Numbered from the stretch's first letter, positions 41,173 to 50,949 are shown. The stretch: 64,000 bases of DNA from a bacterium (GCA_965216635.1 OZ244188.1:1024001-1088000); one strand, 5' to 3'. The notes: generated from the sequence alone by a model not told the origin. Program-made: numbers and translations.

Positions 41173-41206
41173 AAAACAACCAAAATAAAAACTTTTAAAA
41201 AATAAA

Positions 41207-41740
41207 ATGTTAAGAACAACTACAGCACAAAAATTTACTTCTACTAAAATCTACGATCTTTTGATTGGACTAGGTGCAGAAAAAAAGAGCGCAGAGATTG
41301 CTATTGGAGAGTTTGTAGAACTGGTCCCAAAAGCTTTGGCTTCTAGTGCTGCAGAAGCGGGTTTGGATACCACTCTTCCTACGGACAAAGGAGATATCTG
41401 GAGATTGGAATCCATCATTTCAGACAACAAGAACGATACAGACATAAAACTGAAAGAAATTGAGGGAAAAATAATAGAAAGCAAAAGCGACCTAGAAAAA
41501 ACTATAGCAAAAATCGAAAGCAACCTAAAAGAAACTATAGCAAAAATCGAAAGCAACCTAAAAGAAACTATAGCAAAAAACAAAAGCGATACCGACCTGA
41601 AATTTAAGGATATAGATTTAAAAATATCAGAAAGTAGAGTTCAGATAATCAAATGGGTTATTGCGACTACTCTAACCAGTACGGGTATATTGATTGTTAT
41701 AATATTTGGATTGTTGCAATTCTTAAAAGTGGTAGCATAA
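41207..41740 (+). CDS. DUF1640/CCDC90-like coiled-coil protein (paralog 2)
   Basis: Head KIYDLLIGLGAEKKSAE similar to paralog 1, 11-aa repeats, IIKW + TM. Confidence 0.7.
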   Translation: MLRTTTAQKFTSTKIYDLLIGLGAEKKSAEIAIGEFVELVPKALASSAAEAGLDTTLPTDKGDIWRLESIISDNKNDTDIKLKEIEGKIIESKSDLEKTIAKIESNLKETIAKIESNLKETIAKNKSDTDLKFKDIDLKISESRVQIIKWVIATTLTSTGILIVIIFGLLQFLKVVA

Positions 41741-41829
41741 ACATAAAATACCTCCCCGTCAAAACCCACCTAAAAACTGCATCCCCGCCAAAAACACCTC
41801 CCCCGCCCCGCCAAAACCCACCTAAAAAC

Positions 41830-42040
41830 CAAAATTGCAGGGGACATTTTTTTTGCTCCAAATGGTTGACTAAGCAACCATTTTGGGTAAAAATGCGTAC
41901 CCGCCAAAACCACCTAAAAAAACAAAATTGCAGGGGACATTTTTTTTGCTCCAAATGGTTGACTAAGCAACCATTTTGGGTAAAAATGCGTACCCGCCAA
42001 AACCACCTAAAAAAACAAAATTGCAGGGGACATTTTTTTA
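41830..42040. repeat. 93-bp tandem duplication of the GGGGAC repeat
   Basis: CAAAATTGCAGGGGACATTT at 41830, 41923, 42016. Confidence 0.85.
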
Positions 42041-42221
42041 ATTTTGCCCTATAATCTTTTTATTTTTTAGAACTTGACTTTAATAGGACAATTTGCTAAA
42101 ATAAAACAACCAAAATAAAAACTTTTAAAAAATAAAATGTTAAGAAAAATAAAATGTTAAGAAAAATAAAATGTTAAGAAAAATAAAATGTTAAGAAAAA
42201 TAAAATGTTAAGAAAAATAAA

Positions 42222-42326
42222 ATGTTAAGAACAACTACAGCACAAAAATTCACTTCTACTAAAATCTACGATCTTTTGATTGGACTAGGTGCAGAAAAAA
42301 AGAGCGCAGAGATTGCTGCGAGCTAA
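42222..42326 (+). pseudogene. Truncated duplicate of the 41207 gene
   Basis: MLRTTTAQKFTSTKIYDLLIGLGAEKKSAEIA identical to the 41207 protein, then joined to a MITE fragment. Confidence 0.85.
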
Positions 42327-42561
42327 AAATTTTTTTCGCACCTGTTCTAACCATTTGGCTAGCACGTCACAGCTAGTTTTGTCCTATTCGGCAAATTCAA
42401 AACCATCCATAAAAAAAACTAAAATTTGAAAAAGCTACAACCACCCAAGAAAAATTTGCATTAGCAATATTACGGTGTGTTACTGATAGTTTGACAAATT
42501 TTAAGAATTAAAGATAAAATCATAAAAATTAAGTTTTTTTTTATGAGAAAATTAAAAAAAT

Positions 42562-43872
42562 ATGAAACCAGAATATCTCAAAGCCTACCAGTTTGAAGTT
42601 AAAAATTTAGGCGGTATTAAAGAAGGCAGATTTCAAGTTAAACCCCTAACCATTTTTTGCGGACCCAACAATAGCGGAAAAACTTGGACTACTTACTCCT
42701 TGTATTGTGCGCTTAGCGCTGGACACATTCCTCACGAAGTAGTGAGACTTGTTAGAAAGATAAAAACTGAAGAATCTAATATAACTATAAAAGGATGGCT
42801 AAAAGATTCTGGTGGTAAATTTCTTAAAGAAGTAAATAGTAATATGAACCGTTTACTTCCAGATTTATTTAGAGGTAATAAAGAAAATTTTACGAAAACT
42901 GAATTTAATAGAATCATTGATCATACTCAATTCACAAATCTAGTGATAAACAATTTTTCTAAACAAAATACTCAGGACATTGAATACATCACTCCTTATA
43001 ATATACATGAAATTTATGGAAAATTATTAGGACAAAATTTTTCCACTAATATTTTTTTAATGCCAGCCGAGCGTAATGGCTTACATTTGTTTTATAAGGA
43101 ATTGAGTAACAGACGGTCAACTTTACTACACCACGCTTCTAAAAAAAACATAGATATTCATGAATTGCTAAAGGATGTAATAGAATCCCGTTATGCTAAA
43201 CCTATTGCAGACTATATTGATTGGTTAAATGAGCTATCTGAAAACAAAAAAGCAAGTGGAAATTTCCATACTATTGCAACAAAAATCCTAAAAGAAATAG
43301 CCCAAGGTAAATATAGAGTAGGTTCTTTAAACAACGAAATTTTTTTTAACCCCTACCAGAAAAAAAGAGATGGAAAACCCATAGTGGAGATGGGGCTACA
43401 CATGGCTGCATCCACTGTAAAAAGTATGTTTGGCTTATGGTTTTTTTTGGAATACCAAGCAAAAAAAGGAGATATTTTGATGATAGACGAGCCAGAATTA
43501 AATATGCACCCTACAAATCAAAGAGCCATTGCAAGAATACTATCCCAACTAGTCAATCAAGGAATCTATGTTGTTGTTAGCACTCATAGTGATTATTTTG
43601 TGAGAGAAATCAATTCACTTATTATGCTTTCTGATAAAAACGCATTGCCTTTATTAAAAAAACACAAATACCAAAAAGAAGAAGTATTAACACCTGATCA
43701 GGTAGGAGCCTATTTGTTTGACAATCAAACAATTAAGCCTTTTGAAATAACCAAAGAAGACGGCATTTGTGCCACAACACTAGACATTGTGATTAAAGAA
43801 CATAACAAAACAAATAATGATATTTACTACAGCTTACAAGAAATAAAAGAAGAACAGAATGCAAAACAATAG
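42562..43872 (+). CDS. ABC/AAA_15-AAA_21-type ATPase
   Basis: GPNNSGKT, PAER.G, IDEPE.N.HP.NQ, STHSDY; upstream TTGACA-18-TAAAAT. Confidence 0.85.
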   Translation: MKPEYLKAYQFEVKNLGGIKEGRFQVKPLTIFCGPNNSGKTWTTYSLYCALSAGHIPHEVVRLVRKIKTEESNITIKGWLKDSGGKFLKEVNSNMNRLLPDLFRGNKENFTKTEFNRIIDHTQFTNLVINNFSKQNTQDIEYITPYNIHEIYGKLLGQNFSTNIFLMPAERNGLHLFYKELSNRRSTLLHHASKKNIDIHELLKDVIESRYAKPIADYIDWLNELSENKKASGNFHTIATKILKEIAQGKYRVGSLNNEIFFNPYQKKRDGKPIVEMGLHMAASTVKSMFGLWFFLEYQAKKGDILMIDEPELNMHPTNQRAIARILSQLVNQGIYVVVSTHSDYFVREINSLIMLSDKNALPLLKKHKYQKEEVLTPDQVGAYLFDNQTIKPFEITKEDGICATTLDIVIKEHNKTNNDIYYSLQEIKEEQNAKQ

Positions 43873-44452
43873 TTTGGTATCCCTGTTCACTGAAACAATC
43901 CACAAAGACTTCCACCTTAAAAGAGACAATCGTTTTTGGATATTAGAAGACGAAGATAACAAGGAGCAATTAAGTTTTAGAGCTATCAATAGCCAATGTT
44001 TAGCTTTTTCCTTAGATGAAGTTAACATTAAAAAAAATCCATTTCCTTTCTTTTCTGAAAATCCTCCAGTTGATGTAAGTAAAATCTGCGATGCTATAAT
44101 TATTATGGAATACAAGCAAAAAACATTTATTTTGGCGGTAGAGAAAAAAAGTGCTCACAAAAACGATTGCACAAAACAACTCAACAACGCTAAGTATTTT
44201 TGTGATTGGCTGATTTTACTTTTTCAAAAATACAAACACCACAGCAAAAAAAAAGAACTTATTTTTTGTAAGCTCCTTTGCTGGAAACCTAGAAAAATTC
44301 CTTCTAAAGAGCCAACCATCCATTATGATACAGATTACGGTTGCTATAAATCCAAAGATAAATTTTTTAATTGTTCTTGTGAGGTTCAAAATAAGTCTGA
44401 TATTTCATTACTAGAGTTAGCAAAAACTATCAAAAAAGATAACATTCAATAA
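43859..44452 (+). CDS. Putative PD-(D/E)xK-like nuclease, partner of the ATPase
   Basis: CDAIII...VEKKS...KQL; overlaps ATPase stop. Confidence 0.5.
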   Translation: MQNNSLVSLFTETIHKDFHLKRDNRFWILEDEDNKEQLSFRAINSQCLAFSLDEVNIKKNPFPFFSENPPVDVSKICDAIIIMEYKQKTFILAVEKKSAHKNDCTKQLNNAKYFCDWLILLFQKYKHHSKKKELIFCKLLCWKPRKIPSKEPTIHYDTDYGCYKSKDKFFNCSCEVQNKSDISLLELAKTIKKDNIQ

Positions 44453-44527
44453 ATTTTCAATCGCTCGGAGTTTGCTAATCCTAATGCTCGTAAGATTTTT
44501 AAGCAGGTCTCCAAAGTAATATTGGTA

Positions 44528-44920
44528 TAGACTTTTGAATTAGTGTTATATTTTGGCTAGACTTTGGTAAAATCTAGCTAAACTAGGAATTTGAATTAGT
44601 GTTATATTTTGGCTAGACTAAACGAAGTCTAGCTAAACTAGGAATTTGAATTAGTGTTATATTTTGGCTAAGCTAGATAAAGTCTAGCTAAACTAATAAT
44701 TTGAATTAATGTTATGTTTTGACTAAACTTTGGTAAAATCTAGCTAAACTAATAATTTGAATTAGTGTTATGTTTTGGCTAAACTTTGGTAAAATCTAGC
44801 TAAACTAATAATTTGAATTAATGTTATACTTTAGCTAAACTAAACGAAGTCTAGCTAAACTAGGAATTTGAATTAATGTTATGTTTTGGCTAAACTAAAC
44901 GAAGTCTAGCTAAACTAGGC
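44528..44920. repeat. 55-56-bp tandem array x7, same core as the 39 kb array
   Basis: TTGAATTA unit starts at 44535, 44591, 44646, 44701, 44757, 44813, 44868. Confidence 0.92.
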
Positions 44921-44958
44921 AATATCTCTTTAAATTTTAATCTAAACTAAAAAAAATC

Positions 44959-46143
44959 ATGAAAGGAGTATCAAAAAAGACGCTAAAAACGTCTCTTAAA
45001 AATTATAAGACAAAAGCAGCTCAAGCTGGTTTTCAATGGGCTAATCAATGGGCTGGTTTTCAATGGAATGCTGTTGTATTGCTAGGTGCGATTTTGTTGA
45101 GTTCTCTATTTGTAGGAAAGGGTCTACAGGCGCAGGATAGCCAGACAAGTAAAATTGGCAAAGGTAGCTGGTTTATTGGGGTTACTCCCTATGTACTGGG
45201 TCTTTCGGAGTCAAAAACTTCTGCTCGCATAGCAAGCGCTACTCCTACAGGTGTCACAGTAGATAGTGATGAATTTAGCTTCACTGCTGTAGCTCCTAGT
45301 GATATAGAACTTGGTGAGGAGGGTGCTCAAGCCAAAGCACAAGAAGTAGCCAAAAATATTTGTAAGACTGGCTTTGCTATACCCGCAACTAACAATACAG
45401 ACGCTACCAATACTGGTTTTAATGATTTTCAATTCGCTCTAGAAAATGGAACCTATAATAACAGTGTCTACGCATATAATGATTCCACACACTGTAGAGA
45501 TCACTTTACTACGCTTTTAGCCAATGCCACCCAAGCTGTGACCTTCAAATTGCCAGAAACTTCAAAACCAGCGACAGCAAAATGGAGCGGAGCAGGGTTG
45601 CACTTCGGCTGGCAGTTTCCCGAAGGAAATAGAGTAGGATTGCAGATACACAACTGGAAAGGAGGGGATAGCGAAATAAGTAGCCAGATTGCGATGTATG
45701 ATTATTTTTTCTCCAAAGGCTTTTATGCAGGAGTAGGAGCTGGAACTCTCCAACTCAAAGCACTAGGCAAAACACAAAGTCAAACAGCCCCAGCCGTGAA
45801 TCTGGGTTGGCAGTATTCTATTAAAGAGAATTTCAAGTTGGAATTAGGCTACCTTCTTTTGAACGCTGAGGTGAGTATTAAAAAAGAAACCAGAGCAACA
45901 AGAAATCTATTTGCCCGCGTAGAAGTGCCACCACAAGTTGTATATGTGGGATTCAGACTAACAGGGCATTATGGTTCGCATTGTAACCCCGTAATGATGT
46001 GTTCTTTAAATGGTTTTGGGACGAAAGTTACTGGTGAACTGCCCCCTCGGGAAATATCACAAGAACACGAAATAATGGAAATCCAAGAAGTAACCGTCTC
46101 CAAACCATCTGTGATATATATCCGCTTAAGCCTCAGCTTTTAG
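44959..46143 (+). CDS. Outer-membrane beta-barrel protein with large loop insertions (paralog 3)
   Basis: Same extended leader as paralog 2; SWFIGVTPY, GAGLHFGW, FYAGVGAG, APAVNLGWQY, C-terminal YIRLSLSF. Confidence 0.75.
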   Translation: MKGVSKKTLKTSLKNYKTKAAQAGFQWANQWAGFQWNAVVLLGAILLSSLFVGKGLQAQDSQTSKIGKGSWFIGVTPYVLGLSESKTSARIASATPTGVTVDSDEFSFTAVAPSDIELGEEGAQAKAQEVAKNICKTGFAIPATNNTDATNTGFNDFQFALENGTYNNSVYAYNDSTHCRDHFTTLLANATQAVTFKLPETSKPATAKWSGAGLHFGWQFPEGNRVGLQIHNWKGGDSEISSQIAMYDYFFSKGFYAGVGAGTLQLKALGKTQSQTAPAVNLGWQYSIKENFKLELGYLLLNAEVSIKKETRATRNLFARVEVPPQVVYVGFRLTGHYGSHCNPVMMCSLNGFGTKVTGELPPREISQEHEIMEIQEVTVSKPSVIYIRLSLSF

Positions 46144-46627
46144 CATAAAATTCGTCTGGAGCTTCTTTTAGAGAACGCTTCTTTTAAGAACGTTTCTTTT
46201 AAGAACGTTTCTTTTAAAGCACTTTTTTAAGACCTGTAGGGGCACCCCAAATTGACTAAAAGAAGGAAGTGAACTTGCGGTTGCCCATCAAAAACAGCCT
46301 CCCCCACCCTACACAAACATTTTATTAAGAACTGGAACATTTTTTACTACGCCATTGAAAAATTTTTTTAACTCTTGAAATATCACACATATTCCAGCGA
46401 GCTAAAAAAATTTTTCGCACCTGTTCTAACCATTTGGCTAGCCGACACATAACGCAAATACAAAACTCTCACTAAAAATAAGACCTTGCCAGTAGTGAAA
46501 TTTGTTGCGTTCTGTTTAACCAAAACAAGCTTATTGTTTTCACTCCAATACTGGCTGTGTCTACGGGCTTTAGCAAAAACTCCACAGCAAAAAAAAAAAA
46601 ACTTATTAAGGAAAAACTCTAAAATTT

Positions 46628-48604
46628 TTAGATGGAATATTTGTCTTGAAAAGACTTTTCGTCTAAAATTTCTATTCCTAGTTCTTTTGCTTTTTTGAAT
46701 TTAGAGGTATTTTGATCTTGTTTAATATCTCCGATCAATAGAATATTCGTTTTTGTGCTTACAGAAGAGGATACTTTAAAACCCTTATTTTCCAATTTTT
46801 CTTTCCACTCATCCCTAGGCAAAGAAAGACTACCCGTGATAACCACTGTGCCTAAAGTGTTTTTTACAAATTGATATTCTGCTTGAGATAAACCTATTTG
46901 CTTGAGTTTTACAAGCAAGGTTTGATTTTCTTTTAACCACCCGATTACAGAATTCATTACGATTTCTCCAAAATTTTCTAATTTTTCTATACTACTTTTC
47001 TCTAATGAAATAAACCCGTCTACCGTTTTTGTCGCTTGGGCTAGTTGTTTGGCGTAGCTTTCACCGATGTGCTGAATTCCGAGTGCATAAATAAATTTAT
47101 CCAATGTTTTATTTTTGCTTTCTTCAATACTATAAAACAAATTCTGGATAGATTTTTCACCAAAACCTTCCATTTTTTTTAGTTCTTCTTTTTTTTGTAT
47201 AAGAGCATAAATATCCGCTACTTGTCTTAGCCAACCTTTCTGATAAAAAAGCTTTAGAGTAGATTTTCCTAAAAACTCAATATCCATCGCCTTTCTGGAA
47301 ACAAAATGCTCCAATTTTCCTAAAACAATCGCAGGACAATTTAAATTAATGCAAAAAAGATCTATTTTTGTATCGTCTTTTTTTAGCGGACTATTACAAC
47401 TAGGACAATGAGTCGGCGGGATAAAAGCAATTTTATTTTTATTCGGCTGACTGACTCTAACTACCTTAGGGATAATATCGCCTCCTTTTTCTAAAACTAA
47501 AATATCTTCTTCACAAATGTTTAATTTTTGGATTTGGGTGTAGTTATGTAAAGAAGCTTTTTGCACTTGAGTGCCTAGTAGTTCTACTGGTTCTACCCAG
47601 GCTACAGGGGTGATGATACCTGTGCGTCCGATAGAGTTTTCAATTTTAAGCAATTTAGATTCTGCTTGCTCCGATTCAAATTTTAAAGCAATAGCCCACC
47701 TTGGTTGTTTGGCATCAGCTCCTAATACTTCTCTTTGAGCATTTTGATTGACTCTACAAACAATTCCATCAATCCCAAAAGGAAATCTATCTCTTTTTGC
47801 AAAAACTCTCTGATGGTACTCCCAAATTTCTTCTAATTTTTCGGTTAAGCAATAGTTTTTATTGGTTAAAAAACCTAGTTTTTGCAATTCTAGGATGTTT
47901 ACTTGGTGATTTTGGCTAAAGGCACCTTCCAAAATATCGTAAATTAGAATTTCCAAACCTCTATCGCTAATATCAATCCCTTTCATCCGAATAGTGCCCA
48001 CGGTGGCGTTACGAGGATTTTTATAGACGGTTTTATTTTCTTTTGCTCTTTTTTGATTGAAAATTTTGAAAGCGGTTTTTGGGAAAAAAATTTCTCCTCT
48101 AATTTCAAAATTTTTTTTATAACCTACAGATTTTGGAATAGACTCAATCAAACGAATATTTTGGGTTAAATCTTCCCCGACTACTCCGTCGCCTCTAGTA
48201 ATGGCTCGTTGCAATTCTCCAGACTTATAAAAAATAGAAATCGCCATTCCATCTATTTTTAAATCACAAAAAAGCATAGGCGGGGTTGCTTTAATTTTTT
48301 TTTGGATAGTTTGATACCATTTTTCTAGCTCCTCTTGGGTGTATAGGTTTTTTAAACTGAGCATAGGAGATTGATGTTTCACTCTTTGAAAATGAGCCCC
48401 TAATCCATCGCTGATTTTATGGATAGGACTACTAGAAAGTTTTAAATGAGGGTATTGTTTTTCTAGCTCTATAAGCTGTTTTTCTAAAGCATCATAAGCT
48501 ACATCTTTTAAACTGGAATCGCCACTTTGGTAGTATTTTTGAGAAGCTTCTTTGAGTTGTTGGGTTAATTTCTGAATAGTTATTTTTGCGGTTTTTTCGT
48601 CCAT
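46628..48604 (-). CDS. ligA: NAD-dependent DNA ligase
   Basis: PMLSL.N, KIDG, TRGDG..GED, KNPRN, zinc finger CPSC, BRCT; start MDEK (extension to 48640 is MITE). Confidence 0.96.
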   Translation of the reverse strand: MDEKTAKITIQKLTQQLKEASQKYYQSGDSSLKDVAYDALEKQLIELEKQYPHLKLSSSPIHKISDGLGAHFQRVKHQSPMLSLKNLYTQEELEKWYQTIQKKIKATPPMLFCDLKIDGMAISIFYKSGELQRAITRGDGVVGEDLTQNIRLIESIPKSVGYKKNFEIRGEIFFPKTAFKIFNQKRAKENKTVYKNPRNATVGTIRMKGIDISDRGLEILIYDILEGAFSQNHQVNILELQKLGFLTNKNYCLTEKLEEIWEYHQRVFAKRDRFPFGIDGIVCRVNQNAQREVLGADAKQPRWAIALKFESEQAESKLLKIENSIGRTGIITPVAWVEPVELLGTQVQKASLHNYTQIQKLNICEEDILVLEKGGDIIPKVVRVSQPNKNKIAFIPPTHCPSCNSPLKKDDTKIDLFCINLNCPAIVLGKLEHFVSRKAMDIEFLGKSTLKLFYQKGWLRQVADIYALIQKKEELKKMEGFGEKSIQNLFYSIEESKNKTLDKFIYALGIQHIGESYAKQLAQATKTVDGFISLEKSSIEKLENFGEIVMNSVIGWLKENQTLLVKLKQIGLSQAEYQFVKNTLGTVVITGSLSLPRDEWKEKLENKGFKVSSSVSTKTNILLIGDIKQDQNTSKFKKAKELGIEILDEKSFQDKYSI

Positions 48605-48611
48605 AATATGA

Positions 48612-48796
48612 TATACTTTTGAATTTGCCAAATAGAACAAAACTAGCTGTGACGGCTAGCCAAATGGTTAGAACAGCTGCGAAAAAATTTTTTAGCTCGC
48701 TGGAATACTCAAGAGCATTTCTTCATAAATGGCAAGAGTTAAAAAATTTTTCAACTCAACATAGGCTAAACTTTGGTAAGCAAATTCAAAAGTCTA
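48612..48796. mobile_element. MITE copy
   Basis: TATACTTTTGAATTTGC...GCAAATTCAAAAGTCTA. Confidence 0.85.
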
Positions 48797-48806
48797 TATG
48801 ATTCAA

Positions 48807-49919
48807 TTATAAGTCATTACTAGGCTGAAAATTTTCTAAACTTGTGAACAACACTCCTTTTTTTTCAAATTCTGGCAGTAGTATTTGCAGCACCTCGTAG
48901 GTAGATAAATAGGGGTGCCCGATAACTATAACATTACCCTTTTTAAATGAAATTTCTAAAGCCTTAATCAACTGCTTGGCAATAGCAAGCATTTCATTAG
49001 AATTATCCAAAAAAACATCTCTAGAAAAATAAGGCACTCCATATTTTTGTGACAGTTTTACAGCAATGCGACCCGATGAAGTTTTGCTATCTAAAAAAAA
49101 CAACTTGTGTTTTTGTAAATATTGCATCAAAAGTTCCATTCCTTCTTCGTGTCTTGTAAATTTAGAACCCATGTGGTTATTGACACCAATAGAAAAAGGA
49201 GCACTCTCCAAAGATAAAACTAGTTTGTCTTTTATTTCTTTCCTACTATCAGAAACCATTAAAGTAATTTTTTCTATTTTTTGTTGTAAATTGTTGGGTT
49301 CCATTGGCAAATGAACTAAGATGGGTTTATTTTTTTGATGGAAACTGTTTGCTATCGCGGAGCTGTTGGGAAGATTAGGTAAAACAGCAAACGTAATAGG
49401 CTGTGTGATTTTTAAAAAAAGTTCAACTTTACTTTTGGAGTAGCCGAAATCATCTATAATAATAACCATTTTGGATTGTTTCTTAAAATGGACTTTTTCT
49501 AAAAGTTTTAAGATTTCTTCCCTTTGTGTGATCTTGTTTGTTGTTTCTAATTCCACCACTGCGGCTAGATTATTGTTGGTGGCTCTTTTACTTTGGAGAC
49601 TGCTTAAAGGAGGTGTTTTTAAAAAAAAAAATTCATCAGAACTTCCCTCTAGTTTTGTAGAATTTTTTTCGCTATTTGTATGGATTGCAGAAAAGCTAGC
49701 TGTTTTTTGCTGACTATCTTTAGAAAATTGAAAAAGTAAAATAATAACTATAACTAAGATAGTGCAAACTGCACCAAAATAATAAAAAATATTTTCTTTT
49801 AAATTCTCTTTGGTAATCCTTTCGGTAAAAGATAAAAAATTGCGATAATTTTTTTTTCTTTTCTCCAAAAAATTTTTATTAAAAAATTTCATAAAATTCT
49901 TTAAGAAGTGAAATTTCAT
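48807..49919 (-). CDS. Divergent polysaccharide deacetylase (YibQ family)
   Basis: IIIDDFG, HLPMEP, GVNNHMGS, FFLDS.T, RDVFLD, IGHP. Confidence 0.92.
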   Translation of the reverse strand: MKFHFLKNFMKFFNKNFLEKRKKNYRNFLSFTERITKENLKENIFYYFGAVCTILVIVIILLFQFSKDSQQKTASFSAIHTNSEKNSTKLEGSSDEFFFLKTPPLSSLQSKRATNNNLAAVVELETTNKITQREEILKLLEKVHFKKQSKMVIIIDDFGYSKSKVELFLKITQPITFAVLPNLPNSSAIANSFHQKNKPILVHLPMEPNNLQQKIEKITLMVSDSRKEIKDKLVLSLESAPFSIGVNNHMGSKFTRHEEGMELLMQYLQKHKLFFLDSKTSSGRIAVKLSQKYGVPYFSRDVFLDNSNEMLAIAKQLIKALEISFKKGNVIVIGHPYLSTYEVLQILLPEFEKKGVLFTSLENFQPSNDL

Positions 49920-50108
49920 AAGCTTGGTTTGGCTAAACTTTGGTAAGCAAATTCAAAAGTCTATATTAGAATAGAGATACTACCACAAGAGTCTCATAAT
50001 TGCTTTTAAAAATCAAAAAATTTTTGACTTTACACGAATTTTAGTTTGCAATATTTTTTATACTATGATAGCATTGATTGTAGATTTCTACTAATCTTTG
50101 TATTAAGA

Positions 50109-50690
50109 ATGGAAAATTTTTTACTATCTATGCCTTCTCTTCAAAGCTCAATTTTTACAGAGTCTGTGGTTTTGCTCGCCGATGCAAATCTTTCCGATTC
50201 AAAGAACAATGAAGGCGATTTTGGAATTATTATCAACCAAAAGACAAATTTAGAACTGCACAAACTTTTAAGAGCACTCCAAATTGATTTTACTCCCCAA
50301 AAAGAGGTTCCTATTTTAATAGGAGGTCCCTTAAATTTAGATTTTATCTGGGTTTTGCATAATAAATATTGCAAGAACGAATATTCCGCCACTATTAGCA
50401 AAAATATTTATCTTAGTCCGATTATGGATTTTTGTGCGAAATTCAACGAAGTTAAAACCAAAAAAAAAGAGTTTTATCATATAGGTATAGGTTTTTCTAG
50501 TTGGGTGAAAAATCAACTCAATCAAGAAATAGAAGCAGATTCTTGGTGGAAAACAGAAATACCTATTTCTCAAATTTTGTCTCATCCTTTGGAAGAACGT
50601 TGGAATATGAGCATGAAACACTTGGGAGTCAATACCCAGACGTTACAAAACGGTTCTAGTTTTACAGGAGAAAAACCTCAATTTAATTAA
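50109..50690 (+). CDS. YqgE/AlgH family protein
   Basis: LLSMP.L....F..SVV, G.IIN, GGP, G.S.W...QL..E....W. Confidence 0.85.
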   Translation: MENFLLSMPSLQSSIFTESVVLLADANLSDSKNNEGDFGIIINQKTNLELHKLLRALQIDFTPQKEVPILIGGPLNLDFIWVLHNKYCKNEYSATISKNIYLSPIMDFCAKFNEVKTKKKEFYHIGIGFSSWVKNQLNQEIEADSWWKTEIPISQILSHPLEERWNMSMKHLGVNTQTLQNGSSFTGEKPQFN

Positions 50691-50829
50691 ATCTTTGAGC
50701 CTATTGCATAAAGATGCAAAATAACCACTTGCAATCATTTAAAATTTAGACTAGAATTATATAAAACCTTTATATAGTTCTAAACAGAACTCTAATGGAA
50801 AGGTGTCAGTATTTTTTGAGTGTTCTAAA

Positions 50830-50940
50830 TAGACCTTTGAATTTCGCTGATGTGACGGCTAGCCAAATTGTTAGATCAGGTGCGAAAAAAATTTTTTTCA
50901 ACGCTGCATAGGCTAAACAGAATACAAATTCAAAGGTCTA
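50830..50940. mobile_element. MITE copy
   Basis: TAGACCTTTGAATTT...AAATTCAAAGGTCTA. Confidence 0.88.
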
Positions 50941-50949
50941 TAAATTTTT

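Noticed and set aside
41653..42054. 133-aa and 85-aa ORFs
   Set aside because: They run through the 93-bp duplicated non-coding repeat.
27550..46500. Prophage or ICE
   Set aside because: No integrase, transposase, phage structural or conjugation genes were recognised.
48604..48801. N-terminal extension MFYLANSKVY of LigA (and MCYLANSKVY at 7471) and the 60-aa ORF 48619-48801
   Set aside because: Encoded by MITE sequence; downstream ATG starts are more plausible.
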